DNA from: a virus
Taxonomy: Duplodnaviria; Heunggongvirae; Uroviricota; Caudoviricetes
Virus record (IMG/VR): IMGVR_UViG_2609459803_000009
DNA: 7,296 nt
Strand: one strand, 5' to 3'
Made by a program: the position numbers and the translations under genes. Positions 6,788 through 7,296 of the stretch are shown here, in pieces (the first letter of the stretch is position 1; each line of letters starts with the position of its first letter). Under the pieces are notes generated by a model. It did not search any database and was not told the DNA's origin. It saw only the letters and a program-made list of their open reading frames with translations.

Positions 6788-7123
6788 TTATCTCTGGCTG
6801 GCACTGCATCGGGTGTCATTGGTCTGAATGGGTATGTAACGATTCCGTTAATTATTTCAGGTTCCCGGAGAACACTGATTATTCAGTGGGGGCAGGCGAG
6901 ATTTGGTGGGTCTGGTGGTGAAGATGCCGGATATCTTAATGATTTTCCTTTTGCCTTTCCGTCAGCATGTTATGGAATGATAGTTAGTCATGTGGGGCAT
7001 ACACCTTCAGGCGCAGGAATCCTGTCGGCTTCTGCAATTACATCAAATCAGTTCCGCGGTTTTTCAAGCATAGCGACTGCTGCAAACGCTGTATTAGGTC
7101 GTTATATCGCTATAGGGGTGTAA
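6770..7123 (+). CDS. Tail-fibre C-terminal (receptor-binding) variable segment, probably the alternative, currently uncoupled arm of an invertible segment
   Basis: The plus-strand frame is open from 6770 and stops at TAA 7121-7123. It has no ATG or convincing ribosome-binding site (the ORF track starts it at TTG 6779). It is oriented opposite to the late operon and is followed 1 nt later by a coupled tail-fibre assembly gene. The region is AT-rich. The product is Gly/Ser-rich, about 115 aa, as expected for a fibre tip domain. Confidence 0.5.
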   Translation, partial: KVGLGELSLAGTASGVIGLNGYVTIPLIISGSRRTLIIQWGQARFGGSGGEDAGYLNDFPFAFPSACYGMIVSHVGHTPSGAGILSASAITSNQFRGFSSIATAANAVLGRYIAIGV

Positions 7124-7124
7124 T

Positions 7125-7296
7125 ATGTTTTATAGTCCATCTTTAAACATTTTTGTGAATCCTGCACTTAAGGATGATTACATTAATGCAAATTCATGGC
7201 CAGATGATGCTCTGGCTGTCAGTGATGATGTTTATAATGAATTTGCAATCAATACGCCTCCAGATGACAAAATTCGTGTTGCAGGAAAAAATGGAT
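7125..7296 (+). CDS. Tail fibre assembly protein (Tfa/gpG-like chaperone), N-terminal 57 codons, truncated by the window end
   Basis: ATG at 7125-7127 with a Shine-Dalgarno AGGGG about 7 nt upstream, directly after the fibre-segment stop (TAATATG). The translation MFYSPSLNIFVNPALKDDYINANSWPDDALAVSDDVYNEFAINTPPDDKIRVAGKNG resembles the N-terminus I recall for the Tfa family (aromatic-Ser start, then SWP.DA...S...Y.E). It is below the ORF-track length cut-off, so it was found by reading the sequence. Confidence 0.6.
   Translation, partial: MFYSPSLNIFVNPALKDDYINANSWPDDALAVSDDVYNEFAINTPPDDKIRVAGKNG

Noticed and set aside
6779-7123. Treating 6779-7123 as an ordinary, independently expressed gene starting at TTG
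   Set aside because: There is no ATG and no convincing ribosome-binding site. The frame opens directly after a stop codon, at a crossover-like site beside an invertase remnant. Translation as the C-terminal part of a fibre gene after inversion explains this better, although the standalone possibility cannot be excluded from sequence alone.
1-7296. CRISPR array, tRNA/rRNA genes, toxin-antitoxin or defence-system genes
   Set aside because: No direct-repeat/spacer periodicity, no tRNA-like cloverleaf candidates noticed, and every substantial ORF is accounted for by tail-morphogenesis functions or the invertase/fibre module. I see no sequence support for a novel system in this window.

Overview
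This window is an ordinary but well-preserved P2-like (Peduovirus-type) prophage tail-morphogenesis module, with no sign of a defence or other novel system. On the minus strand, reading right to left, lie FI (tail sheath), FII (tail tube), E and E+E' (tail chaperone pair made by a programmed -1 frameshift), T (tape measure), U and D; these are tightly packed, with overlapping stop/start codons between E'/T and U/D. The interesting part is the right end (about 6400-7296). A serine DNA invertase gene of the Hin/Gin/Cin/Pin family is cut down to a 66-codon N-terminal stub. Immediately beside it, on the opposite strand, sits a start-less tail-fibre C-terminal segment followed by a coupled tail-fibre assembly gene, in noticeably more AT-rich DNA. 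This looks like the silent arm of an invertible host-range segment (Mu G-segment / P1 C-segment style) whose invertase has been inactivated. All calls rest on reading the supplied translations and sequence by eye against remembered family features; no database search was run.
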